Source: Eledone cirrhosa (lineage: Eukaryota). Taken from it: a DNA stretch of 64,000 nucleotides. Numbering within the stretch: position 1 is the stretch's first letter; every line of letters begins with the position of its first letter. The notes under the pieces are model-generated. The model was not told the DNA's origin, did no database searches, and saw only the letters and a program-made list of their open reading frames with translations. Position numbers and translations under genes: made by a program. Shown here one piece after another: positions 28,225-41,164 of the stretch. Where the stretch lies: positions 313,224,001 through 313,288,000 of the forward strand of contig OZ024741.1 of NCBI GenBank assembly GCA_964016885.1, read 5' to 3'.

Positions 28225-28546
28225 CGTGTTTGTGTGTGTGCGTAAGTGTTTCTTTAAATGTATGATATCGCAAATACGTATTGTAGGAACTGATAGAATA
28301 TAGTAAGATCAGGAAGGATTATCTATATATGTTATTTTTATAATAATATTGTTTGTTTCTCTCATAATGTTATTAATATTGCATTTAACTGAACTGAAAA
28401 TCTATTTACATTTTATAGAGGATCGATCTAATATTCAATAAATATACAAGTTTTGTTTATCACAAGCCCACTTTAATCTTAACATGTTATATCTTTGATA
28501 TCTGTATGTAATTAATGAAATCTGCAACATATAGTGATAGTTTCAG

Positions 28547-28681
28547 AATGCCGAGTAGGAAAGTTTGGTGCTGCTTGTAATGGGACCTGCCATGGTATCA
28601 ACAATATTAACTGTGACAAGCAAAATGGAAGTTGTTCAGGTGGATGTTTTGAAGGTTATATTGGTGACAATTGCCAAGAAG
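28547..28681 (+). pseudogene. EGF-like exon copy with mutated donor (probable pseudo-exon)
   Basis: tttcag|ECRVGKFGAACNGTCHGINNINCDKQNGSCSGGCFEGYIGDNCQE. One Cys is replaced by Gly and the donor gtatct is changed to ttatct. Confidence 0.65.
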
Positions 28682-28787
28682 TTATCTCATAAAATTGTTA
28701 CGTACTTACTATATATACACACGTACACACGCATAGAGACACCCACTCACACACACATATATACATACTCATTTAACAGTTTTATAT

Positions 28788-28895
<108 letters not shown>

Positions 28896-29558
28896 AGTAA
28901 ACGGACCCATCATATTTATTAATGCAAGGACCGGTTGTGTCTCAGCACTTTTATGTGAGCTATATTATCACAAATAAAAAGATGAGTTGGTCATGGTTGA
29001 AATATCTTTGATGTTTACTCCATTTGATCAAGGCTGACCTATCAACAACAGCAACAAAATCATCCTGTAATATTCCAATTGCTGGCTACAAAATGTCCCG
29101 CATGAGGCTTTAGCATTATAGTGACAATCAATAGTGTTGAAACACATGTTGCATACACCTCAGAAGCAAAATGCATCAGTAATTATTTTAATATACAGTT
29201 GACCACCACTTGTATAGTTCTAAATCTAATTATGTGCAGTAAGATTACGTTTTGTGTGAAATACTATGTGTTTACGTAGTAAATGATAGTTAAAAGACGA
29301 CCTATTACAAATGCTTCTCAAATTCAGAGAATATCAAACACAAGGTCATAGCACTTGTCTCAAAGATTTGGGCAATTCGTAAATTTGCCGGTTTCGCATA
29401 TAGTTGTATTTTCTTTTTCTCTTTCGTCTTTCTTCCTCCCTCCTTTCAATCTGTCTCCCTTCCTTTGTTTCTCTCTATAGCTTTATTATTAATATTATTA
29501 TTGATATCGTATTTTAATTTGTAAATTTACCGTTAAGCATATATTTTTTATTTTCTCT

Positions 29559-29667
29559 GTCTCTGACGAAATGATGGAGATAAATAACATGTATTTTAAA
29601 CTGAGTGGCACTGCCTCCAGTGTTTACTAATTTTTAGACAACTCTATCATAGAAACAATTGTTAGAC
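29559..29667 (+). ncRNA. Type I hammerhead with long stem II, family I
   Basis: GTCT-CTGACGA-A ATGATGGAG..CTCTATCAT A-GAAAC-AATT-GTT-AGAC. Confidence 0.75.
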
Positions 29668-29715
29668 TGTAAATGAATTTCCTTGTTTGTACTGTTGACC
29701 ATGTTATTCTTCACT

Positions 29716-29786
<71 letters not shown>

Positions 29787-29787
29787 G

Positions 29788-30441
29788 AGAGGTATCTTGT
29801 CTTTAACGCGAAGAAATGCCTATGACGCCTAGTAGACAACAGGTGATGTATAATCCTAACTTCTAATTTCTAATTTTTCATTATACTTAAATGCAACAAC
29901 ATAGCCCGCCATTTTGATTCATATATGATCCCCCTCTGCTGAGACCTCTCTTTTTTCTCTTCCCTTGCTGCTATCCTCTCTCTCTATCCCCCTTCTCTCT
30001 CTCCTTCTCCCTCTTACGTTTACTCTGCTAGTCACCCTCTCTCGGCTAGCCTCTTCCTCGCACATTTCACTCACACACACTCTGCTACTCACACTCTCTC
30101 TCACTTCCTCCATCGTCCAACACTGTACGCGATCTTTCTTCTCACTCACCCGCACCGTCAAGACGCGCTCTTTTTTCTCCTCATCAAAATTCGCCTGTTC
30201 TTATGTTCGAAATGAATTATTGACTTGATTTTTTTCCTTTTTATCCTCTCTTTACGTTACCTCAACCATCGTGTCAGTTTACATGTCCTTCTCTTTCTCC
30301 ACCCAAATCTTCTTATCCCAATAACTTACTTTAGTTATTGTTTCGCCCTAGGCTGAGATATCTTGTCTTTAACGCTAAGACATGCCTATGACACCTAGAA
30401 GACAAATGATGATGTATAATCCTGACTTCTAATTTCTAATT
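29788..30441. mobile_element. Non-coding element with ~88-bp direct terminal repeats and a CT-rich interior
   Basis: 29788-29876 is repeated at ~30354-30441. Flanked by (TA)n. Interior resembles 31600-31960. Confidence 0.6.
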
Positions 30442-30445
30442 TGTC

Positions 30446-30492
<47 letters not shown>

Positions 30493-30524
30493 GCACACAT
30501 ATATATATATATACACACACACAC

Positions 30525-30586
<62 letters not shown>

Positions 30587-30616
30587 GTATATATATATAT
30601 GTATATATATATATGC

Positions 30617-30718
<102 letters not shown>

Positions 30719-30736
30719 ATATATATATATATATAT

Positions 30737-30995
30737 GCAGAGTGTGATAAGAAGCTTGCTTCCCAAACAAATATATCCCGGTTCAGTCCCACAGCCCGGG
30801 CCGACCAAAGCCGTGTGACCGCGTTTTGATAGACCGTAACGAAAAGAACCGCGTTCTATATATATGTATATATGTCTGTGTGTGTCTTTGCGTTTGTGTT
30901 TGCCCTCACAACAATGATTATTGGTTGGTTGACGTCCCCATAACACACCAAGGTGATGCTCCAGCATGGGCGTAATCCAGAGAGATAAAAAAGTG
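30737..30995 (+). mobile_element. Degraded tRNA-derived SINE
   Basis: AAGAAGCTTGCTTCCCAA..GGTTCAGTCCCAC head, GGGCCGACCAAAGCC body and GATGCTCCAGCATGG tail, which I recognise as resembling an abundant octopus SINE. Confidence 0.55.
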
Positions 30996-31510
30996 AAGTG
31001 TATATATATATGTGTATGTAGAAGAGGGGTTTCAAACTCAGCGACATAAAAGGGCCATTACGAGAGAGGCACAGTGAGCCAAACATGGTGGTGGGTGATG
31101 ATTTTAAGCAGTTATAATCATTTCTACTATATATATATGTGTGCCTGTGTATCTGTGTGTCTGTGTGTTTGTGTGTGTGTGTGTGTTTGTGTGTGTGTGA
31201 GTGTGTTTTTGTGTGTTTGTGCATGCGTGTGTATGTGCATATGTGTATGTGTGCTTGTGAGAGTAAATATGCTGTCTAATATAGTAATCGCTTCTTCTGG
31301 ACTAGAATAGTTTCATCCAAAGAAATCATCAGTAAACGGCTTTCCTGATGATTACTTTTGAATAAAATAGTTCTAGTACTGTAGACGCCAAGTCGATATT
31401 AAATGTGATATTTACAGCCTACAATTGTATTTTGTTCCATACTCACACTCATTACCTCCGATTGAAAGCTGAATTAACATAATTATAAATATATATATAT
31501 ATATATTTAT

Positions 31511-32061
31511 CATATGTATACCATGTGCAACCACGCAGTATTCATTCTTCTCATGTTTTTAATATATATTTTCCCCATATGCGTTTGTCTGTTTCTCTCT
31601 TAGTGCTTCCCCCTCTCTCTGTTTTCTTTCGCCCCCTCTGTCAGTTACACTTTCTCTCGACTCGCCTCTTCCTCGCACTTCCACTCACTCTCCGCTGCTC
31701 CCCTTCTCACTTCCTCCCGTTTGGCCTGAAGTGGGGTCATTTCTTGCTCACACCTCATTCGCGTCGGACGGTCTGCTGTCTCTCTCGCCCATGAAATCCA
31801 CACAGTTTGAGCTGATCGGACTCCCATATGCTTGTTCTTTCCTATATTTGCGTTGCTATCCTTCTATGTTAGTTTATTTGTCTCGCTCGCTTTACGCGAT
31901 TTACTTGTCCCAATAGTTTTATTTACCTATTGCTCGCACCAACTGGAGGTATATGATTTTTAAAGCGTGAAATACCAATAAAAGGTTGGAAAATCACTGA
32001 TGAAGGACTATTTTTATCATATGTAACCCATGTGCAACTACGCAGTATTCATTCCTATCAT

Positions 32062-32064
<3 letters not shown>
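31511..32064. mobile_element. Non-coding element with ~45-bp direct terminal repeats (507-bp period)
   Basis: CATATGTA..CCATGTGCAACYACGCAGTATTCATTC at 31511 and 32018. Flanked by (TA)n. Confidence 0.6.
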
Positions 32065-32154
<90 letters not shown>

Positions 32155-32536
32155 TGTATATATAGTGTATTTTGTAATACACTGTATGCTTAATTATAAG
32201 TATTTCGAAGACCTTACGCTATTGTTTTAGAGTAGTGACAGTCTCACTTATATTACATTTTCAGCATACAGGGGAGATAAAGCTGACAGAGCTATGTTTC
32301 GTACTTTCGGTACTTATCAAAGCAAAAGTACTACACCTGTTTGCTGAAAATCATGAATGTTTGATTCTTATAGAATTCTAGTAATAATCAGGAGCTGATT
32401 ATACAGAGCGGTTAAGGTCAAGCAGACATTGAAAATAAGTTCTTCGAAATGCTTTTAATTTAGCATACAGTGTATTGCAAAATACACAATATATACATTC
32501 ATATATATATATCGCTATTTCAGAGCACCAATACTA

Positions 32537-32567
<31 letters not shown>

Positions 32568-32700
32568 TAAATTGTTAAACAATATTCTGTCAAAGAATGA
32601 GTTTTCCAGTAGATTGGAAGCACTCAACGCAAAACAATTTTTGAGGAGTTATTAATATTAAAATATAAGTATTAATAAAATAGATGTTCTTTTGATCAAT

Positions 32701-32759
32701 TACATTTTATTATACATATTTCAGATGTACGACAATACGTCCTCATCAGACAAAATATA
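32701..32759 (-). ncRNA. Hammerhead family E in the inverted pLTR
   Basis: Reverse complement of 35418-35476 with a few stem II changes. Confidence 0.7.
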
Positions 32760-35417
32760 ATGATACATGGCATACCCTGAGATGGTAAATGGTTAAGATT
32801 TAATCAGGGTAGTGATTAACCCGATAGAAAATTTATGAGAAAATGTGAAAACGTAATAAATTCATTAGAGAATGTGTGAGTAATAAAAAAGGTTGCATAC
32901 TCTAAATGTTCTAAAATTTTAAAGTGTATGATACTACGATATATCTATGAAAACGTCTCATGAATCATAACAGCCAGTGATAGCCACTGGAAAAAGATTT
33001 ATAAAGAGGGAAAAATAAAGTGTGTGTGGGGACCGGGGGTCGAAATTTAAAAGGTTAGATTTGAACATATTTAATTCATAATATTAGTGTGAAAACTACA
33101 GATTTGTGGATTATTTGCTGGTTATTTATATATTATTTATAAACTTCTGAATTTTGAGAGTAACATTTAAAGGATTTAGCTGGCACAGAAAGAATGAAAT
33201 ATTATACTGTTGATTATTTACCTAAATACAAACTTTAACAAATATACCAACATATTAGGTATGTAAAGCTTTTGAAGTACTTATTGTTATAAATATTTAA
33301 ATAACTATTATGTATATAGGTATATATTAATGAGCCAGTATGTTTAAGGTAAATAATAACGACGAAGATAAAAATAAAATAAGATAATATATTGAAGGAT
33401 ATTAAGGATAAATATATACATATGTATAACTGGGTGTAAATGCACTAATTATTCTTCAACCAAGATATTCACATTATTTGTTATAGGGATGTATATATAT
33501 AGATATATATTAGGTATTATTAGTGTAGTATACTTTAGATAAATGATAACAGTTACAATCTTATCAACGTGTCACATTTAAATACACATATATATATACA
33601 TATAAGAAAAACAACAATGAGTGCATGGATAATACAGAGTTCAAAATAATGTCTATAATAATTTTTAATTTGGATATTTTCTCTATATTTGAATCATATA
33701 TATAGAAATGTGGTAGGTATATTTAAAAATATTAACACATATATGAAATATAATATATAACTACATACATATTATAATACATTATATTATAAATAAATAG
33801 GAGATCGAAAGCGCAATGAAAAATTCCCATTTATATATAAGTTTGAATCCGTCTCAAAATTTAGATTTTATAGTGCAGTAAATATATTTAATTTTTAATA
33901 TATTATACTATAAATAATAGATCAAAACTCATTAAAAATTTAGTTATAGATAAGATTCATAAACATTTATGGATCGGGTATTAAACTAAAATTTAAAAGA
34001 GATCACAAATGTATTAACAATTCACAGTTAAATAAATTCCATAAATATGTAAGGATTAGGTATTATACTATATTATAAGCATAGATAGTAAGATAGATAG
34101 AAATAAGGAGATAAAGAGATGGTGGTATTGATCAAAGTTAAGAAATAATGTTGTGTGTATCAATGTTTATGCATGTTAATTGAAATATTGTCAGTCATTC
34201 TAGCGTTGTTTCTTCTATAGATAGTTATAAAATAAAGCAATATTAAAGGCCACTAATGTTTTTTACTCTTGATTATATATTCCTGGTAACCGAGTTGTTA
34301 TTGGTTTGGTGTAATTGTTTCTTTCTTTCTAGTTTTATGTGAGGCTAAACAAGTGAACGTAGCTTTATGGAGACAACTAGAGAATAATTTACTTTTTTGG
34401 TTAATTAGGGTCTCATAATTATTAATAATCAATTATGATTCAAATACAGAGAAAATATCCAAACTAAAAAATTATTATAGACATTATTTTGAACTCAGTA
34501 TTATCCATGCACTCATTGTTGTTTTTCTTATATGTATATATATATATGTATTTAAATGTGATACGTTGATAAGATGATAACTGTTATCATTTACCTAAAG
34601 TATACTGCACTAATAATACCTAATATATATCTCTCTATATACATCTATATATCTAAATATATGTTAATATCTTGGTTGAAGAATAATTAGTGCATTTACA
34701 CCCAGTTATACATATGTATATATTTATCCTTAATATCCTTCAATATATTATCTTATTTTATTTTTATCTTCGTCGTTATTATTTACCTTAAACATACTGG
34801 CTCATTAATATATACCTATATACATAATAGTTATTTAAATATTTATAACAATAAGTACTTCAAAAGCTTTACATACCTAATATGTTGGTATATTTGTTAA
34901 AGTTTGAATTTGGGTAAATAATCAACAGTATAATATTACATTCTTTATGTTCCAGCTAAATACTTTAAATGTTACTATCAAAATTCAGAAGTTTAGAAAT
35001 GATAACACACTTATCGAATTCATATAAATAATATATATATAACCTGCAAATAATGCTGAAATCTGGAGTCTTCACCCTAATATTATAATTTAAATATTTT
35101 CAAATCTAACCGTTTAACTTTCGAAAAAAAAACCCCACACTTTATTTTTCTCTCTTTATAAATCCTTTTCCAGTGGCTATCACTGCCTGTTATGATTCAT
35201 GAGACGTTTTCCTTGATATATCGTAGTATCATACACTTTAAAATTTTTAGAACAGTTACAGTATGCAACCTTTTTTATTACTCACACATTCTCTAATGAA
35301 TTTATTACGTTTTCGCATTTTCTCATAAATAGAATATAAGTAAAATTTTCTATCGGGTTAATCACTACCTTCATTAAATCTTAACGATTTGCCATCTCAG
35401 GGTATGTCATGTATCAT

Positions 35418-35476
35418 TATATTTTGTCTGATGAGGACGTACTGTCGTACATTCGAAATATGTATAATAAAATGTA
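35418..35476 (+). ncRNA. Hammerhead family E in the 5' pLTR, ~200 nt upstream of the ATG
   Basis: TATATTTTGT-CTGATGA-GGACGTAC TGTC GTACATTC-GAAA-TATGTA-TA-ATAAAATGTA: 10-bp stem I with G-U pairs, AUA triplet. Confidence 0.82.
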
Positions 35477-35671
35477 ATTGATCAAAGGAACATCTATTTT
35501 TTTAATACTTATATTTTAATATTAATAACGCCTGAAATTATTTATCGATGAGTGCTTCCAATCTCGTGTAAAACTCATTCTTTGACAGAATATTGTTTAA
35601 CAATTTAATATATATATTGCTCCCAATTGGTTGAGCGCTTTTCTATACAATAGATTGCATATTCTATAAAT

Positions 35672-37949
35672 ATGGATTTCTTAAACTTCCCCACTTCCCT
35701 CACAGATGTACCTATACCTTCAAACGAAGCATACATGAAGAAAACTATTGAACAGACAAACTATTTTATTAGAAGATTAAGATGGAGAGATTTTCATTTC
35801 GAAAATAAAGATGCTGAAAGAAAACCCAACAACAATAAGTTTGAATCTTTGTTTAAATCAAGAAAAAATCCACCATACAACAAACTTCTGGAGGTTTTTG
35901 AAACAGAAATGCTCGGCATAATCAAAAAAATTAAATTTGGGAAAAACCCATATATAGGTCACCAATACCTCAGATCTCTAAAAGATATAATTGCTGAAAT
36001 AAAATATGTTAACAAATTATTGTTTAAATCTGACAAAACTAATAATTTATATGGGATAAACAAAGATGAATATAACGACCTGATCGTGAAAGAACTTAGG
36101 AAAAATTACAAAAACCCCCGGCTGATGATCTTACTGAAATTAATGAAGAAGCCTATAAATTAATTGCCAATCTAGCAATACAAGGAAGAATTGAGACATT
36201 TCTACCTAGACAGCCGAGGATTAACCTGAAGGATCATAAAAGAAACTTTAAGGAAGAGATGCCTGTTAGACTGATTGCTCCATCGAAATCGGATATAGGA
36301 GTAATCAGTAAACACATCATAGATGGAATATTACCCACTCTTAAATTGAGATCTAGTTTGAGCTTATGGAAAGATACAAACAAGGTAATTGAATGGTACA
36401 CGAATATTGAAGATAAGAAAAGCTATAAATTCATCCAGATGGATATTACTAGCTACTATTCTTCTATAACACCTAAACTTCTAAATAAGACCCTCTCATA
36501 TGCTTATAAGCATACTGATCTAACCACAAATGAAATAGATATAATTTTAACAGCCAGAAGAACTCTCATTAACTTCAATAACGAATTTTGGACACGCTCA
36601 GATAGAGATAGAAACTTTGATATCACAATGGGGCATCTGATTCCGCGCAAATAACAGATTTTCTGGGAATTTTCTTATTAAACATGATAAATAGAAAACT
36701 GCCGGAGATTACCGGTGGTTTATATAGGGACGACATTTTATTTACGGTGGTCAAACACAACAATATAGAATTAAATAGAGTTAAAAAAAGTATAATAGAA
36801 TTCTTTAAAACGTACGACCTTAAATTAGAAGTAGAAAATGGTACCAAAATAGTTAATTTCCTTGACGTTACCTTTAACTTAAACACTGGCTTCTATTACC
36901 CTTTTCATAAGCCTAAAGAAAACTTGAATTATGTTAGTAACTATTCAAATCACCCTAAATCTGTAAAAGAAGCTATAGTAAATAGTGTGCAAAAACGTAT
37001 TAATAAAATATCAGCTAATAAAGATATATTTGATACAAATGCTGAATACTACAACAACGCGTTAAAAAGAGCAGGATATATGAATAATATAGAATATGTA
37101 GATAATAAGAATCCAAGTATTATTCTTAATAATAATAATAAAAATAATAACATATATAAGAGTAACTCTAATAAGTATAACTCAAACACACATGTGCTAA
37201 ATAAATCGAGAATACGAACTAGATCTAAACCAGTCATATGGTTTGCACCCACTGCTTCGCTCACAGTTAAAACATCAATTGCAAAACTATTCTTTAAAGC
37301 TCTTGACACGTCTTTCCCTACTCAACATAAATACCATTCCATTTTTAATAGACATACCATTAAATTCTCAAATTCTGCAACCAGTAACTTGGCCCAAAAC
37401 ATCGCCAAATTAAACGCCAAATATCCTAAAACCAAACCAACATAATGATCATAATAATAGAGATAACATAAATGATACTAAACCAAAATGTAATTGTAGA
37501 AATAAAACTAATTGCCCTTTGCAAAATAATTGTTTAGATAGTAATTTGGTTTATAAATGCACCGTAAAAACTGACCAAAAACATACAATTACATCGGATC
37601 AACCTCGTCCACATTCAAAGTTCGTTTTGCGAACCATAAATGCTCATTCTCGAACTCTAAGAGGAAATCATCCACGTCTTTATCAGAGCTCATATGGTCT
37701 TTAAAAGAGAAATATTTAGAATACTCCATTCTTTGGACAAAACTTCGCAACTGTGGAATTTACCGCAACTCTAGTATATCAAATAACTGCCCGATCTGTA
37801 CAATGGAGACCCTGTTGATTATTAATAATTATGAGACCCTAATTAACCAAAAAAGTAAATTATTCTCTAGTTGCCTCCATAAAGCTACATCCACTTTTTT
37901 AGCCTATCATAAAACTAGAAAGAAAGAAACAATTACACCAAACCAATAA
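35672..37949 (+). pseudogene. Frameshifted PLE polyprotein (RT + C-terminal GIY-YIG)
   Basis: RRLRW, KSDKTNNLY, RLIAPSKSDIG, FIQMDITSYYSSI, FDITMG, GLYRDD, VNFLDVTF, YSNHP, CNCRNKTNCPL, LVYKC/YIG and CPIC. Split over several frames. Confidence 0.9.
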
Positions 37950-39515
37950 CAACTCGGTTACCAGGAATATATAATCAACATTAAAAAACATTAATTGCCT
38001 TTAATATTGCTTTATTTTATAACTATCTATAGAAGAAACAACGCTAGAATGACTGACAATATTTCAATTAACATGCATAAACATTGATACACACAACAAT
38101 ATTTGTTAACTTTGATCAATACCACCATCTCTTTATCTACTTATTTCTATCTATCTTACTATCTTACTTATAATTTAGTATAATACCTAATCCTTACATA
38201 ATTATGGAATTTATTTAACTGTGAATTTTTAATATATTTGTGATCTCGTTTAAATTTTATTTTAATACCCAATCCATGAATTTTTATGAATCTTATCTAT
38301 AAATATAAATTTTTAATGAGTTTTAGATCTATTATTTATAGTATAATATAGCATATATTACTTTTAAATATATTTACTGCACTATAAAATCTAAATTTTG
38401 AGACGGATTCAAACTTATATATAAATGGGAATTTTTCGTTGCGCTTTCGATCTCTTATTTATTTGTAATATAATGTATTATAATATGTATGTAGTTATAT
38501 ATTAAATTTTATATATTTTGTAATATTTTTAAATATACCTACCACATTTCTATATATATGATTCAAATATAGAGAAAATATCCAAACTAAAAATTATTAT
38601 AAACATTACTTTGAACTCTGTATTATCCATGCACTCAGTGTTGTTTTTCTTATATGTATATATATATGTATTTAAATGTGACACGTTGATAAGATTGTAA
38701 CTGTTATCATTTATCTAAAGTATACTACACTAATAATACCTAATATATATATATCTATATATATACATCTCTATATCTAAATATATGTTAATATCTTGGT
38801 TGAAGAATAATTAGTGCACTTACACCCAGTTATACATATGTATATATTTATCCTTAATATCCTTCAATATATTATCTTATTTTATTTTTATCTTCGTCGT
38901 TATTATTTACCTTAAACATACTGGCTCATTAATATATACCTATATACATAATAGTTATTTAAATATTTATAACAATAAGTACTTCAAAAGCTTTACATAC
39001 CTAATATGTTGGTATATTTGTTAAAGTTTGAATTTAGGTAAATAATCAACAGTATAATATTTCATTCTTTCTGTGCCAGCTAAATCCTTTAAATGTTACT
39101 CTCAAAATTCAGAAGTTTATAAATAATATATAAATAACCAGCAAATAATCCACAAATCTGTAGTTTTCACACTAATAATATGAATTAAATATGTTCAAAT
39201 CTAACCTTTTAACTTTCGACCCCCGGTCCCCCACACACACTTTATTTTTCCCTCTTTATACATCTTTTTCCAGTGGCTATCACTGGCTGTTATGATTCAT
39301 GTGATGTTTTCCTTGATATCTCGTAGTATCATACACTTTAAAATTTTAGACCAGTTACAGTATACAACGTGTTTTATTACTCACACATGGTCTAATGAAT
39401 TTATTACGTTTTGCATTTTCTCATAAATAGAATATAAGTAACATTTTCTATCGGGTTAATCACTACCTTGATTAAATCTTAACCATTTAACATCTCAGGG
39501 TATGTCATGTATCAT

Positions 39516-39574
39516 TATATATTGTCTGATGAGGACGTACTGTCGTACATCGGAAATATGTATAATAAAATGTA
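39516..39574 (+). ncRNA. Hammerhead family E in the 3' pLTR
   Basis: Same motif with CTGATGA at 39526-39532. Base of stem II is altered (ATCG). Confidence 0.7.
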
Positions 39575-40625
39575 ATTGATCAAAAGAACATCTATTTTAT
39601 TCATACTTATATTTTAATATATATATATATATATATATATTGGAAAATGTGTGTATTCCTTGGTACAGTTAGGTATATTAAGACAGGGGGGAAGAAAAAA
39701 ATGGCGTCACTTGATCTTTCAACAAATTTATTTTCTTCATTAGAAAAAAAATTTTATTTTACAAATTAAGTTGTTGGTTGTTGGTTAGGTCTTAGGAGTT
39801 CTTGGTTAACGTAGGAGGTATTGTTTAGTTTTTAGAACGACCTTTCACGCTGAGGTGCGCTTGTCAAACTGATGTGTATGTGGTGTGTTGTTCTATATAT
39901 AGGGATTTAACATGTCTGTGGTGTGGTGGGGTTTTTTTCTCCCCCTTTAATAAGTGTAGGGGTGTAGATGTGTTGAAAAAGTGTTAATAGCAGTAATGAG
40001 TTGAGACGGTGAGTAGGGTTGGGTGGGGAGAAATGTAGCAAGTGCGGCCTGCCCCGGTCATTCTCGAAAAATTCCTTTATTCAGGGGAAAAAGCTTTTAG
40101 TATTCCTTTGTGTTGAGAATGGTCATAGGCAAACCGCACCTGTCAAGTTTGTAAACAAATATTTTTTTCTGAAGAATTTTTCTACGTCCATCCCAAAATT
40201 AGTACTTTGTTCAACACACACATATGTGCGTATATACGTACATACACACACGGGCATATGTAGGAATATATAGGTACACACCATCAATCACACACCCATG
40301 TACATATACATCCACATACATACATAAAAACATATGAAGACACATATAAAAACACATATACACATACGTACACACACGAATATGTACTGATACCTCCACA
40401 TGGGTATATATATATACATACATACATATACATACATATACACACATAAAGATACATAACTAAATATACATATATACACATACACGCACACATACACACA
40501 TACACACACACGTGTACACACACACACACATATACATATGTCCGTATATATACCTCCGTTCACACATACATGCATACACACACACACATTCACACACATA
40601 TATATATATAGAGAGAGAGAGGCAT

Positions 40626-40706
<81 letters not shown>

Positions 40707-40827
40707 TATATACATATATGTACCCATAAACACATACAGACACATACACACATATACATACATATACACATATATCTATATATCTATATATATATACACA
40801 TATATATATATATATATACACATGCAT

Positions 40828-40874
<47 letters not shown>

Positions 40875-41110
40875 TATATACATACACACACATACATACA
40901 CACATATATACATATATATGTGTACACACAAGCACATAAAGACACATATATAGATACATATATATATACATATACATATATATACATACATCTACATACA
41001 TACATACATCTACATACATACATACATATATGTACACACATATATACATATATGCACATACATACACACACATATATATAGATACATACATATACATACA
41101 CACACATATA

Positions 41111-41164
<54 letters not shown>

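Larger units (their letters stand above)
32567..39618 (+). mobile_element. Near full-length Penelope-like element (Naiad-type): inverted 3' copy, partial direct pLTR, ORF, pLTR
   Basis: 32567-34432 is the inverse of 37815 onward. 34433-35610 directly matches 38557-39618 plus a tail. The ORF lies between. Confidence 0.92.

Noticed and set aside
31965-32015. GAAA...CTGATGA as a permuted (type II) hammerhead
   Set aside because: No UH site, stem I hairpin or stem II pairing can be drawn.
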